A stretch of DNA of 64,000 bases from Lingula anatina. Lineage: Eukaryota > Animalia > Brachiopoda. The stretch lies in the NCBI GenBank assembly GCA_051362555.1, contig CM120642.1, positions 16,616,001 to 16,680,000 of the forward strand, written 5' to 3'. This document shows, one piece after another, positions 38,830-52,013 of the stretch. The notes under the pieces are model-generated. The model saw nothing but the letters and a program-made list of their open reading frames with translations, was not told the DNA's origin and made no database searches. Within the stretch, counting starts at the first letter, position 1; every line of letters begins with the position of its first letter. Position numbers and translations under genes: made by a program.

Positions 38830-39225
38830 CCTTTGCTCATCCTGTTACTTTTGGACAGATGAAAGCAATTAAATCTGCAGTCGCGCAGATGGCATATATT
38901 ATACCCGCTCTGTAGGGAACTACTATTCCTCAGTTAACTTAAATCTGAATGAAATAACAAGCTATTCAGTTGGGGCTGTTTTTATCTGTCACTAAAGAGC
39001 AAGTGATTAAATTTAGAGCTGTCTTAATTGTTTTCGGGGGGGGGGACTTACCAGTAGGCCTACATAGTTAAGTGGCAATTCCTTAGTTGTTATGCAAACA
39101 ATTACCAGCCATGTGATCAACCTAGATATTTCATAACAGGGTCACAGTTAGAAGACTGACCACATTTAGCCATACATTATCTGGGAATATCTAGTGAAAA
39201 ATCAATCAGTGGACCTGGTGGAGAG
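38830..39225. mobile_element. Longer CCC...GGG/TA-family element homologous to 16912-17347
   Basis: Colinear blocks (AAGCAATTAAATCTGCA, AAGAGCAAGTGATTA, GTGGCAATTCCT, GAATATCTAGTGAAAAATCAA); left end approximate. Confidence 0.65.
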
Positions 39226-40657
39226 TATCCTTTGCTGTCATTTGCAGATATCTTTTCAAAGAAGAAACTAGGCCTGAACTTAAGTATTTTAATTGCTTTA
39301 TCATCCACACGATATGGACATTGACTTACTAGTAGGCCTACATGCTGATGGTACATGTTTATACTACAAACACTAAAAATATGAATTCAAAACTTTTTTA
39401 ATTATAAAGATCGAACATATCTACAGAACGCCGGGGCATAGTACCGGGGGTTTAACAAGAAAGAAATCCCCGGGGAAATACAGACTTGAAACTATGCATG
39501 GCTGGTTAATTCCCCGCCCTGTTACGGGGGTCGGGGCGGGGTTAAAATTGATTGATGAATAAAACAGAAATGTTCAAAATCGATTAAAGCATTAAACATG
39601 AATGCCGATAAATCCCCTTGTATGCTCCCATAGAGTCAGTAAAAAAAGAGCTTGTGAAACAAAAGTAACCCTCAGGCGCCTTAAAAAAAGCTTTATGGAA
39701 TGATGCCATGCCATTGGACCGGCATTTTTGCATTGACCCCGAGGTTTGTAGTAATACAAATACACTAACACCCGGATGTTGACCTTAAGAGGTCAACCGA
39801 GGTCTTTGTTCCTTGATGGGGAAAGTGAAGACTGCCACCGATTCTAACATTCAGGCTTCTATTGATTTATTTTTAGAAGGAATTTAATTTATATCGTGGT
39901 ACATGTATAAGTGTCAGAAGTCCTCTGTATTTTTTTTAATCAAGCTGACTGCCGAGCGTGCTCTCTCCTCATTTCAAATTCGCTCACCTGAGGTATAGGC
40001 TTATCATTTTAAGCATTTTGTGCGTGTCAGGGCTTGCACGCCAAATATTGTAGCCGTGCAGACAACCGTAACCGTAATGAACTGACATCGAAAACAATAG
40101 GAAAAGGCGGGGCTAGTTTTTTTTATAAAAATGTAGGAATACTAACATTCAGGCCCCTATTGATTATTATTAGAAGGGATTTCATTTACATCGTGGTACA
40201 TTTATAAGTGTCAAAAGTCCACAATTTTTTATAAGAGTAAATTTTAAAATCTCTTGTCCACGTGTGCGAACTTTCCCCATCCCGGGGCAAATCCGCATAC
40301 CCTGGGGGGCAAGTTCGTACACAATGTACTTTTATCCATTTCTATACATTTTACTTGATAAAAACATAGACTTACAACAGTATTACAAAACTCTAAAGAA
40401 CATTTTCTATCTTTAGTTTGTCATTTAACAACAGATTATCTACCTCTGATTATTCTGAGAGGTTTTAATTTAATAAGTAGGCCTAGTTACATTAAAGAAT
40501 GAAAGCGTCGTTTTCTCGTCTCCTTCAAAGATACAGTTATGACATACGCTCCCACGGGGCGAACTTGCCTCGTAAAAAAGGGGCAGACTTGTCTAAGCAT
40601 GGCTTGTCACTTTTTCTGATTGTTAAGACCTTGTAAAATATGCAGTGTTATGCTTAA

Positions 40658-41025
40658 AGATGCATACAAAGTCTTTTTTTGCCACAAAAACCGACCAAAT
40701 GCCAGCATATAGTTTCAAGTAGTATAACTAAGAGAATTACCAAAAGGCATTGTTTAATTTTACCCAAAAATGATGTTTGAACGATTTTTTCTGCTAGCAT
40801 TCTATGCTGTATGTCAATGGGGCAGAAAAGTAGGTCACGAAAGTAGGTTAAATTTCTGACCAAAAAATTAAACAGAGGAGCAGTCTAAAGCTTTTTATGG
40901 CTGATTGAGTGATCTATTCAGTTTATCCCTTGGCATGTCAAATTTATTTGTGTCGTATGAAACTAGTAGAAGTGGTTTACTTACTGGGAATCCACGCTCC
41001 ACCGATGCTCAGTTCGAATGTACCT
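40658..41025. mobile_element. Kolobok-like non-autonomous element, copy 2
   Basis: TTAA-AGATGCATAC...GAATGTACCT-TTAA; similar to 14304-14680. Confidence 0.75.
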
Positions 41026-42209
41026 TTAAGACTTATGTAAATGTAATGATTGATTAGTCTAAGTTTAAAGCGTAAGACCTTGTGTAACCCAGATTAAGTA
41101 TTGAATGAAATAGGTCACTGCTTGAACCCATGCATTTGCAGATAAAGGTTCAGTTTCGTTGGCCAATGCATCATAAGAATTGACATGTTTTTCCGTACGC
41201 GTTATATTCAGTACGGGTGTTTGAAATTAAATACCGATATCCTGTGCCTTTATCCTGTGAGTTTTGTGGAGGGGGAGTCAAATATTCATGGGGGGAGTCA
41301 GATTTTCATGTTACACCGGTCCCTTGCTCGCTTTACCTCCACCTGGGTGAGTATACACTGTGTATGGAACATGCGGAAAAATCTTTTTTTTTTCTCAAAA
41401 TGGGAAGTTTCGCAAAGCTAGCGCAAGCTATCAGGTATGTAATAATGATAGATTTAAACTGATATCTGCATATAAGGTGACCAAGGTGACCGATTACTCA
41501 TAAACTAAGATCTAATATACCGTTTATTAGATCTTAGTCATAAATAATAATTTTTCCAGGTCTTGAATCTTTCACAGGCAGATTTCTATTTTATTCTATA
41601 TACATTCTAGACATTGTATGAACAAAGCTCCACACAAATGTAAAACCCAAAATGCATCACATATCTTATATACACATGCTCCCATGTGGAAGTAAAATTA
41701 TCAAGGGACGGGCCTCAGAGGCCCGGTTTCCAGGAAATGGGACTAACTTTTGGAAAAGTTAATTTCTACATATGGTGTAAATTATTTCAAAACTAATTAT
41801 TTATCCACTGATGAAGTATAAGTTGCTTGAGGATTACATGAAAGGAACAGGCTCAAAACTTCATGCGAACGAAGAGAGAGCAAAAGATACATGGGTCCGG
41901 GCCTGCGAGGCCCCTGAAAGGTGGATGAGGGTTAAAACTGTTATTTACTAAACATCATTCTTCTACTGTTTTGATGCAAAGATGAATATTTACTCGAGAG
42001 TAAACACAAGATCACGACAAAAAATATGAGCGTAATTCTGCAATATTGGCATAATGATAATGACAGCAAGATTCTAGTCAAAATTAACAAAATTAACTCA
42101 TGTGATCCCCCACGTTGAAAGCTCCCTTCTATGTTAAAGCCCAATAAATTCAAATACTAATGCCATGCCCACTACGACAAATTTAGAACCACGTACCTTA
42201 AGGAGAATT

Positions 42210-45200
42210 TCAACGAGGGATTTTAATTTTCACTTTTCCTTTTGTACTTATTGCCTGATTATTTTTAACGTCTTTGAAGTAAATGTCAAGAAATATTTTA
42301 GGTCCCTTCCTCGACTTTTCTTCCGAAGAAGACCATTCACCCAGATGCTGGAATAATGACTGCTTGTGGTAGATATGTTCCTTCTGAGTCATTGACATTA
42401 GGAAATGGAGAATAAGCCAATCACAAGGCTGCTCGTCATAAAATAAAAGCAAAAACCTCGCAAGTTTCTCCAAGTCTTTGGACTTAAACAATTTCCCTAT
42501 GAATCCAAGAACTGAAAATTCTAAGCATACCCATGGCTCCTTATCATTTGCTAAAATAAAGTCACGTATGTCTTTGAAGAATCCAAGGGCGGGAATCACA
42601 TCATCTTCAATCTGAATATAGTATTCTGAAATATTTTTTCCGTACAGAAACATAAAAGCATAATCAACATTCTGTTTTGACCGCCATTTTACTTTCTCTG
42701 GCGAATCATTATAATTCCTTTTCAAATTTTCTAATGGGGGGTAGTTGTTTTCCGGGACTTGCAACACTAGAATAAATCCACTTTTGATGTAGTCATCAAA
42801 TTTGGCGCTTAAAATTTTCAAGACATTTTCATTGTATTTTGTATCAAAATTTGCCAGGAATACCAATAAAACAATGTTCTCTTGCTCGCTTGGAGACGTC
42901 CTGTTTATTATGTAAGTAATCGTCTGCAACAGATACACGGCTCCCATTGGTCGTTTGACAGACGGGATGCCAATGGTAAGAAAACCTGAAAATCAGTTCA
43001 TGTTATATATTTTACAATCTCATGGTGACAAAGGCACATGAAAGCAATTTTTCAATTTAACTAAATTGTCATAGTATAGAAGTCACGTAATCAGTTATCC
43101 TTTTAAATAACGTAGTTTCTTTCCTTTGAAATATTTGATTCAAACTATAAAAATCAGCATTGACTTCAACTGTAAAACTTAATGCAAGGGTTTGAAACAT
43201 TACGAGTAAACAGTGAAGGTGTTGTCTCGTTTTATTCAAGGCGTTTGGCATTTGTATTTAATATCTAATATAGGCCTATATAGTTAGATATTAAATACAA
43301 ATGCCAAACGTCTAAGAAAGATGGAGAAAGAAACACACACACAGAGAACAGGCCGAATGAAGGGAAAATAAGTAAGAAAGAGATAAAGCGTAGCATTTTG
43401 TACCTTTCTTTTGTCGGTGGTTACCATAAACAGACACATTTCTGAGTTCCACAATTTCCAATTGAGAATGCGTAGGTTGGCTTGGACCCCTTCTTGTCTG
43501 AAAAGAAATCTCTTAATTTGTTTAAACCATGCATACTGGAAATGTCATAAAAATTTGAAAAAGAAATCAGTATTTTTATGGCACTGCATTTAAAACACTT
43601 TCCTAATTTTCAGTGCTTATTTGATTTTCTGATTTTTATTCCTACTCCTTGCTCACTACTAGGCTATTCCTAGGCGCCTTCGAGTCTCCATCGGCATCAA
43701 AGACGGCTTCGGAACCATGTTCGCTACCCATTGCGCCACTGACGGTGACACAGTGATGGCTGCATTACCTGGTGTATTTACCTGGACCCTTTGTCTTGAA
43801 ATTAAAATATTTCAAATACACGCTAATAAAAGAAAAAGGTGAAGCTCTAACGCTGGTAACGAACCTAATACCATGAGGTTTAAATTCTGATGACGCCAAG
43901 GTTACCCCTGTGCCATCGACGATGGTACTACGAATAATCCGTAGAATAGTACCTTTTCCTGTACCTACTATCCCCTCGTAAGTAAAATCAACATTATGTG
44001 GAACTGCATTGCCAACTACCTGAGTGACTAATTAAAACATTATTTACATAGATGTTTTTGTCTGAATCAGTGGTTAACGGGAACATGGAGTTAGACAACA
44101 GACCCAGGTACGTTCGATAAATCGTGTGAGGACCAGGGTTTTACATCAGAACAATGTAAACGACTGGAGTCCTTCTTTAAAAAAACATGAATAATTTCCC
44201 CAGGCTTAAGTCACAGAGATACCCTTCATGCCGGTAAGCCCCCGCCACCCTGAGGGAGCAAGGAGATAATTTGTAAGTAATTGACAGTCACGAGTGAATA
44301 AGGAGCGGGGATTGTTTTGTAGAGTAACTTGAGTTGATTGACATGACCTCGTCGGCCTAAACGCAGAATGTATTTTAAACGAGGGAGAAGGTCGAGATAT
44401 GCATGAGGTAGAAACAGAAACGAAGGCGGCGCGGGTAACAACTGGAAAGTAGTTAAATAAATAATAAGAAATATTATAACTGAGTTGTATTTGCTGTACC
44501 TCGCTTAACAGCAAAAGATAAAGACGACTTCGCCACATACAGTATAATGACTTGCTGGGGAATGTTTTACATGTGTATATTTTACAGATTTGGGAATCCA
44601 TCATATCATATCATTGATAGTAGTCGCCTTGTCTTTAAAAATCTGTTCAATCCAGTAAATATTTCATAACCCAAAATTGCTTGACATATCAGTGCACCTA
44701 AAGCTACTGGGTCGATTTATAACGCACTGGCAATTCCCCGAACGCGTATACAAATTTTTCAGAGGTTAAATTTTTAAGGATTTGACATGTTTCATAAAAA
44801 TGTTACCTGATTCTTTTCTATCTGTAAATCTCCATTCAGATCTGAGGAGTAGGCTGAAATACGCAAAGGGAATGTTTCATTAGATTCACATTGTTGTTTA
44901 AGAAACCATTGTAGGCCTTATACATGTACATGTATATTATCTTATTATGGAAGCAATTACTTGATTCAAGATGTGTCACATATAGATTCATGAATTCGTG
45001 TTTTAAAGCTAATTACATATATATATATATATATATACACTGTACTTGAAGTCACGGTGGTTCCAGACAAGTTTTGTGTATTCGGTTCCTTTAAAGACTT
45101 GATTTTTCACTACTGGATCAAGACGCCAACTACATAAGGGCGGAATGGCTGCAGAAAAGTTACAGGGGTGGTATGTGACAGAAACACGTCAGAGAGACTG

Positions 45201-46193
45201 GGGGAAAGGTATACAGGACATTCGTAAGAACATGTTTGCTACATATGGGAAGGAAACGGCGCCAATAACAAGAAACCAAGATAAGAAAATTGAAGTGGCG
45301 GAGATGAGGATGATACGCTTTTCATTAAGGATTACACGCAAGAACAGAGTGAGAAATGAGAAGGTGAGGGAGATTCTAGGGACGACAAAACTCGGTAACA
45401 AAGCAAGGCAGTGGAGACTACACTGTAATGGGCATTTTAGACGGCGGGAAGAAAATATGTGGGACAAAAAATGCCGGTGTCAGGAATCTGAGGGTCCGTG
45501 TGACAGAAAGTCCGCCCTCCATATAGGGACCATTCAGATTGAAAAGGGTCGAGTACTAGTAAGGCTGCACCTAAATATGGCGGACCAACATGAAAGGAAG
45601 ACCACTTAATCCTGTAATGGTCTCTCCACCTATTACACGCCTCCCCACGTATCGTCCCTGCAGGGGCACAGTAATTAAATCTCGGCTCAATTCAACCGGT
45701 CGAGGGACAACGCGTGGGGAGGCGTGTGAGAGTCGGAGAGACCATTACAGGATTAAGCGGTCTTCCTTTCATGTAGGTCGGCCATATTTACGGCTCTTCT
45801 CAATCTGAATGGTTCTATAATAGTTATAATGGTAAGGGTTAGTCTGACTTAAGTGGGCCAAAATCTAGGGCGAGGCTCACCTGTACAAAGTAATGGGAAG
45901 CGGACTCTCTGTCACAGGGGACTTTCCGGTACATGACACCGGTGTGGATAGGGACGTATACTCCACTGTGGCTACCCCTGAAAAGGGACAGGCTCGAAAG
46001 ATAAAGAAGAAGGAGAAGAAGAAATCAAAACATTCTGCAACCAAAGTAGAGCAAAGTTCGTCACAAACTCACCCTTCTGCGCCCCATTATTCAGAACATC
46101 CCTGTAAAATGTTTTGACTAATACAAGATATGAACAGACTGCAAATAAAATTCCAACAGCAATCAAACGCTGTAATAGTATTAACCTTGCCAT
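42210..46193 (-). CDS. MGAT4C: GT54/MGAT4C-like N-acetylglucosaminyltransferase (paralog B), ~345 aa
   Basis: Exons 46193-46073 (MARLILLQRLIAVGILFAVCSYLVLV.., TM), 44853-44807, 43497-43404, 42985-42210; GT-AG, phases 1/0/1; same GT54 motifs incl. YYIQIEDD. Confidence 0.9.
43242..43310. repeat. Perfect 27-bp-arm inverted repeat in intron 3 of paralog B
   Basis: CGTTTGGCATTTGTATTTAATATCTAA / TTAGATATTAAATACAAATGCCAAACG with TATAGGCCTATATAG spacer. Confidence 0.95.
45140..45475 (+). mobile_element. RTE-clade LINE ORF C-terminal fragment (antisense in intron 1 of paralog B)
   Basis: YGKET..T..Q..KIEVAEMRMIRFSL.ITRKNRVRNE.VR...K.RQWRLH..GH.RR matches the RTE/Rex3-type YG.E..EVAEM.MLR..GVTR.D.IRNE..RL.W.GHV.R pattern. 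Confidence 0.85.
45526..45816. mobile_element. Long palindromic Harbinger-like MITE
   Basis: ATA flanks; TIR G(G/A)ACCATTCAGATTGA and long internal inverted arms (ATGAAAGGAAGACC.CTTAATCCTGTAATGGTCTCTCC..CACGCCTCCCCACG). Confidence 0.8.
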
Positions 46194-47239
46194 ACATTCA
46201 CGTCGGCCTTGCCAAAGACACACTTGGTACGCTATTATATACAACGACGTACGTGGATGATCGTGGTTTGTAAATTAGGATGTATAATTAACGAGGGTTA
46301 ATACGCCTATGCAGGTATTCAATGTCTTAGTTATGGTGAATGAGAAACGTGCTACTCATTTATTCATACATTGTGGATTAAAAATGTTTTATTACTTACA
46401 ACGTAGTAAAAAGATGTGCTAAAAAATAGCCTTATATGATACTGTGTTATCTCAAGGTTGAATTTTGCATCTCTGTGTTGAAAGTTATCACGAATTGGTC
46501 ACAAGCAACCGGCACTGAAGTCAATACTGTTAAAATGTTGGAAAGTTGACAAAAATACTCATTTTGCTGTGTTCACACTGGGTTGTAATCTGCTGCGAAT
46601 ATGAATCAGGGGTAGCTTAAATACACATTGAAAAGATATTCCATTCTAGTGAGATAGTAAGAGAATTTTTGCCCGAATCCCATCATAGTTTTTTCAACAT
46701 ACGCCAATCTTTGTACATTTTTCTTTTTAAGCATATAAATGGCTATTTTCACAAAAATGACGAATAATCTGGAAAATTTACGGAGCCTGGTGACAAGATT
46801 ATTGTAGTGGCCGTAGGCCTGCCCCTGCCAAACACTGCCACTATTACAGTTTCCAATTTGCGTTGTACAAAGAGTACCCCTAACTGAGTCCTCGCTGACG
46901 CTCGATCTGGAATAAATCACGTAGCGAATTTCTTGTCCCACACATAATGCGAAAGCCACGAACGCTTATACAGGTCTGGGACTAACTGGGATTCTTTTTA
47001 TTTTTTTTTTACTGACACACTTAATAACCAGTTAGTTCTGTGATCTTCTGTCCGTGTCTGTTCTGCCATGGAAGTAAACTTTTTGGTCTCCAAATAATTC
47101 TTTCAACATTTAAGATCTATTTGATTTTAAGATGATTGTTTAACGTGCTGACTAGTCCTTTTACTATCTTTATACAGATATGTTAATGTGACAGTACGCA
47201 AACACGTTGAGAGAAAGTTATGCATACTTGAAAAAATTA

Positions 47240-47777
47240 CGAGGGTTGATTGATAAGTAGTGAGCCTCGTGGGGAAGGGGTTAAGCAGGGATATCCCTTT
47301 TCAGCCCTTCTATTTCCTGACTATTTAAAGGTGTGTAGCCAAAGTTTGGTGTCATTTGGTTAGTTTATGTCGACGAGGTAGTGGAAAGCTCAGGAAAGGT
47401 GTACTGTTCCTCCAGGACAATGTCCCTGCTCACAAGTCTGTCATTGTCATGGCTGCAATCAACGAGTGTGGCTTTGAACTGATAGAACATCCACCTTATT
47501 CGCCTGATCTTGCTCCCTCTGACTATTATCTATTTCCCAAATTGAAAAAGGCCATTTCAAGTGCTCACTTTGTGTCAGATGATGACGTCATACGTGAAGT
47601 GGAGGGGTTTCTGAACGGCCAAGAGAAGGGCTTCTATAAAAGTGGCATAGAGGCTCTCAAAACTCGCTGGCAAAAGTGTATAAATACTCAAGGAGACTAT
47701 GTTGAAAAATAAAGAAAAATACTTGTAAAATGTGTTCCCCTTCTATATGAGTCTCACTACTTATCAATCAACCCTCG
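47240..47777 (+). mobile_element. Internally deleted mariner (DD34D) element
   Basis: TA-CGAGGGTTGATTGATAAGTAGTGAG...CTCACTACTTATCAATCAACCCTCG-TA; ORF 47356-47712 has LQDN..H, HPPYSPDLAPSDY with 34 residues between the Asps, ends RWQKCI...GDYVEK. Confidence 0.95.
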
Positions 47778-47928
47778 TACTTTAGTGCCCTTTCACGTAC
47801 CATGAAATACAACCTTAATTCTATCTTCTTATCTTGAAAAGTAAAAAAAAATCTTACTTAAAAATATTCTGGAAGGACGATTTTGCTCCTAATATTTACA
47901 TGTATAGCTACAGAAGTGTAATTGCAAG

Positions 47929-49383
47929 TCACGACTTTCCCTTTAACGCTCCTTGAATGGTATTTACTTTTTTATCTTTGAAGTAAATGTCGCGCGATGT
48001 ATTAGGTCCTTTCCGGGACTTTTCTTCCGAAGAAGACCAGTCACCCTGATGCTGGAATAAAGACTGCTTGTAGAAGATACGCTTTTTCTGAGTCATTGAA
48101 GTTAGGAAATGATCAATAAGCCAATCACAAGGTTGCTCGTCATAAAATAAAATCAAGTACCTTGCAAGTTTTTCCAGGTCTTTGGACTTGAACAGTTTCC
48201 CAATAAATCCCAGAATAGAAAATTCTAAACATATCCATGGCTTTTTGCTATTTGCTATGATAAAAGCACGTATGTCTTTGGCGAATCCACGGGCTGAAAC
48301 CACATCGTCTTCAATCTGAATATAGTATTCTGAAATATTTCTTCCGTACAGAAACATAAAAGCATAATCAACATTCTGTTTCGATCGCCATTTTACTTTC
48401 TCTGGAGAATCATTATAATTTCTTTTCAAATCTTCTAACGGAGGGTAATTTTTTTCTGGAACTTGCATCACTAGGATAAATCCACTCTTGATGTAGCCAT
48501 CAAATTTGGCGCTGATACTTTTCAAGACATTTTCATTGTAATGTGTGTCAAAATTTGCCAGGAACACCAGTAATACAATTTTCTCCCTCTCACTTGGTGA
48601 CGTCATGTTTATTATGTAAGTTATCGTCTGCAACAGATACACGGCTCCCTTTGCTCGTTTGACAGACGGGATGCCAATGGTAAGAAAACCTGAAACATTC
48701 CAATTGAGAAATATAAACCAACTGTTAATGTTAGATATTTTAGCGTTCAATTTTAAAACAGGACAGTACCACAAAATGCATGTTTACACCGATAACAGAG
48801 AGAAAAGATAATATTTATTTCTGTTCATGAAAACTTTGTCTTTGCCTTAAATCGTTAAACTAAGTGTAAGGAGAAGAATATTCATGAAAAATAAAATATG
48901 TACAGTTTAGGGAGTCTGGTTTGATAGATAGATAGATAGATAGAGTAGCATTCTAGACCTTTCTTCTGCCTGTGTTTTCCAAACAAGGAAACATCCCTGA
49001 GTTCCATAGCATCCCATCGAGAAAAAACAGGATGACGCTGGTCCACGCTTGTCTGGAAAAAATAGTTTTTAAAATTTCTTCATCTTTGCAACAGTCCAAA
49101 GCCGTGTAGCGCTTAAGTCACCAAACGTAGAGCAAGTGTGACGTGAGCTTTTATTTTCAAACACGTTTTAATTTTTATTAAACAGATGTAGAAACTGACA
49201 CCTTTTTCGTAAAATGTTATACAAAATCCTGCGCCTTTTCAGTAGGCGTCGCTTGATAATATCATCGGCTTAAGCTTACAGTTATATAAATTGCTGTAAG
49301 CCATTACACATCCTAATCCACGCAAGGGAAATAAATTCCGACTACTGAATTTTTATTGTTAAATTATAATAAAAATAATAAAA

Positions 49384-49421
<38 letters not shown>

Positions 49422-50587
49422 CGCCATGGTTGACACGTCCCCTTTACACTGGACGGCGTCCTCTCTGCGCCCCGTAAGTAGTACGGCCCCGTTTGAGAGT
49501 GAAAAAATAATATTTTACATGCCGACATAAGGTCGATCATTGAGCATTCAGTCTGCAACCAAAGCGATGTTTGTGCCTCCTTTTTACGACCACAGCTGTG
49601 GCAGTTTCATGGTCGCACAAAGATCGCAAAAAGGACGCCGTCCAATGTAAAGGGGTTTTTATCTATCCTCCTCCGCCATTCACGACCCCCCCCCCCCCCC
49701 TCAATCCCATCCCACCCGACTCCTACATGTACGTCTATGGTGCCATCCGGATATTGCTGAGGTTGTTCAACCTCAGGTCAACCGTCTAATGAAAACAAAT
49801 TTGTTCAAAAGGTCTGAAAAAGGAACATTCTGTCATATTATAATATATCTCCTCTGTCACTTAACATAAAGTTGACACTCAACAAGGTGGCGCCATATGG
49901 AAAGATGACCATCATCCGTTAAAACATAACCAAAGCGTCAGTATATTTTACGCACCATGCCTTGGGGCTTAAATTTAAGCATGGAACGCCACAGCAATGA
50001 AACTAAATCTTTTTAGGAAATCTTTGACGTGCAGGAAATACCATGAAACAAAACGGCCTCATTGCACTAAGTCAATTTTTGAAATGCCGCATACATTGTA
50101 AGCCCAGATTTTATAGAAATTTTACCTGTCTCTCTTCAATCTGTGAATCTCTTTTCAGATCTGAGTTTATGTCTGAAATAGACAAAATGAGAGTAACGTT
50201 ATATTTATATTGTTCCTTATAAAACCACTGTAATCCATGATCTTACTATGAAAGCAATTTTCTGATTCAAAATATGTCGCATAAATTTATGCTAATGCAC
50301 CTTTGCAACAGAAAAAATGAAGAAGTAATAAATGTTGTCGTTTAGAAATATGTCTTAAATATGTCGTCTTTTAGAGTAGCTTAAACGTTTTCATTTTTTC
50401 ATTTTCGGCCACTACTTTCTACAACCAACATAGTCAAATTCAACACAAACTTACCTTTCTGCGTCCCGTATTGGAGAGAATCGCGGTAAAACAAATTGTT
50501 TTGGACTGTTACGTGTACAAGATATAAAGTAACTGCAAATAATGATCCTACAACAAATATACGATGAAGTTGTTTAAGTCGTGCCAT
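47929..50587 (-). CDS. MGAT4C: GT54/MGAT4C-like N-acetylglucosaminyltransferase (paralog C), ~344 aa
   Basis: Exons 50587-50455 (MARLKQLHRIFVVGSLFAVTLYLVHV.., TM), 50172-50126, 49052-48959, 48689-47929; exon 2/3 lengths (47, 94) equal paralog B; GT54 motifs intact. Confidence 0.9.
49384..49420. repeat. (ATT)n microsatellite
   Basis: Perfect ATT run. Confidence 0.95.
49439..49655. mobile_element. MITE, Harbinger-like TIRs
   Basis: CCCCTTTACACTGGACGGCGTCCT / AGGACGCCGTCCAATGTAAAGGGG; TSD not clear. Confidence 0.65.
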
Positions 50588-51838
50588 ACTTCCTCTAAGT
50601 GCCAGCGTGACTTATATGAAATGTACCCCTTAGACGTGTTATCTGTCATCTCAAAGAGGTATGGGAGTCGGACATTACCTTATCGTCGGACAGGAACTTA
50701 TCGCTAATTATCTTTGATAATTATAACAATTGTACAGAGCATTAAATTTGTTCATATTCATGGACTCTCTGAACTGCTGTCCAACTACAAAATTACCATA
50801 TACTTATATCACTCAATATAAAAGACACATCATAAGACGTGTGATTGATAGATCTATCCCTTCCTCGCCCGAGGCCCTCTCTTCATCTCGAGCGGCTCAC
50901 TTATTTGGGCGTTCATTTGGAGAGATTGGCTACTTAAATTATAGTCTGAAAATGTGTAAGAGAGTCACCTATACGGAACATCCTTAACAGCAGGAGAACT
51001 TGTGGAGAATTCAGAAATAGAGTAAAAAGCGTTATTACTTGTAAGGACCGGTGGACCAGCCCAATTAATATACTTTTCAGTATTAAAAGGACCTTGGCTG
51101 CCTTTCCACCCTTCCCCCTGACCTTTTGCATTTTACTGATTTTTCTGTTTACTTCAATATATTCATTAATCTATTATTTACTTTTATTTTTCAATTTTTC
51201 CTAAGACCTCAACTCATATCTGGAGTGTCAGTTTTATAAATTGGTCCAAGAGTTTCACACAGAGTTGGGACTTGGACATTATAACGAATTTTCTCCATGG
51301 TTGGGATGCCAGTACATTTAATTAAGAACTTAACTTGAAGTGCTATACTTTTTATTTTTTTATTTTATTTTTTGGCGACCACTTGTCTTCAAAGTTTATT
51401 TCAAGATGAAAGTACTATTGCACTTAGAACTAGTGTGGTCCCTCGTACTGATCATTTAGATACCAAATATGTTGTCACTACACCAAAGGCCCCTTAAAAT
51501 AACAGCCATTATTCCTGAATTATTTACGGTGGCCTGAGATAAAGTTTGATGTAATCTGCATGCCAACTGATCCATCTCTACCATACCGTGAAACGTGTGT
51601 AATAGCGATAATGCTTATTCTTATCAAGGAGCTGTATACTTGTTTATAGGCAGTTAAGTTATTATATTACAATACCTAAACTAGGATCCAACAAAATGTC
51701 GGCTTTTCGGTATTTTAATCCGAGATGACACTTAATGAGTTGGAAGTTATATATACCTTTATATCTGAGAGACACCGTTTTTCTAACCACCTCCCTTTCT
51801 CCTGTTCTGCTTGGGCACTTTCAAACGTGTTGATGTTT

Positions 51839-52013
51839 GGTCCCATTCAGAATAGTGGACTAACTAGTCCGAGGGTCAAATATGGCGACCCACTACAAAG
51901 CTTGCCGTCTAATCCGCTAAGAGACACTGAATAGATATCCCGTGGGGAAGTATTCAAGTGGGTCGGCCATATTTGACCCTTGGACTAGTTAGTCCTCTAT
52001 TCTTAATGAGACC
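51839..52013. mobile_element. Harbinger-like palindromic MITE (family of 12267-12450)
   Basis: TTT-GGTCCCATTCAGAATAG...CTATTCTTAATGAGACC-TTT; colinear with 12267-12450. Confidence 0.8.

Noticed and set aside
43680-43930. tRNA-like/SINE head remnants
   Set aside because: No complete A/B boxes or cloverleaf could be built
48690-48774. N-terminal extensions of GT54 ORFs in the ORF track (also 25643-25673)
   Set aside because: Intronic read-through upstream of the conserved CAG|GT TTT CT acceptor
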